A stretch of DNA of 63,444 nucleotides, filler included, from Phoronis australis (taxonomy: Eukaryota > Animalia > Phoronida): NCBI GenBank assembly GCA_002633005.1. It is 7 parts of 7 records of this genome, joined end to end, with 100 filler letters (N's around TTAATTAATTAA, not from the genome) between each part and the next. Parts side by side here need not be neighbours in the genome. Positions count along the whole stretch, not along the records: positions 60,247 to 63,444 come from NMRA01003152.1; 6 more parts are not named here. One strand, 5' to 3'. The translations under genes and the position numbers were made by a program. A model generated the notes under the pieces. That model worked only from the letters and a program-made list of their open reading frames with translations, did not search any database and had not been told where the DNA came from. Below, one piece after another: positions 63,371 through 63,444 of the stretch. How positions within the stretch are numbered: the first letter of the stretch is position 1; every line of letters starts with the position of its first letter.

Positions 63371-63441
63371 CATTCCAATAAGATTAGACAGTCATTCCAA
63401 TAAGATTAGACAGTCATTCCAATAATATTAAACAGTCATTC
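63371..63441 (+). repeat. 22-bp tandem repeat, about 3 copies
   Basis: cattccaataagattagacagt units. Confidence 0.9.
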
Positions 63442-63444
63442 TAA

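Overview
Eukaryotic, intron-rich, AT-rich genomic DNA from an animal, probably a marine invertebrate (inferred from gene content and transposon types). It is not one continuous locus: six identical 100-bp spacers (44 N + TTAATTAATTAA + 44 N) and one 501-N gap join separate contigs. Host genes rebuilt by hand from GT-AG junctions and reading phase: five internal exons of a PHF14 orthologue (+, 5572-9725, cut off by a gap); an intronless two-Ig-domain cell-surface protein (+, 24119-25027); a complete 11-exon, 642-aa polypeptide GalNAc-transferase (-, 42965-26846); an unannotated 3-exon, 406-aa coiled-coil/Ser-Arg-rich gene (-, 58559-53768); and two exons of an ABCH-type ABC transporter (+, 60247-62804). 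The rest is dense with decayed mobile DNA: two Gypsy remnants, a probable Sola-type transposase relic, THAP-carrying Kolobok-like elements, hAT-like MITEs with 5-bp and 8-bp TSDs, Harbinger-like foldback MITEs, a Penelope-like relic and minisatellites. The most striking non-coding feature is an apparently intact HDV-like self-cleaving ribozyme on the minus strand at 51045-50963, with no retroelement ORF visibly attached.
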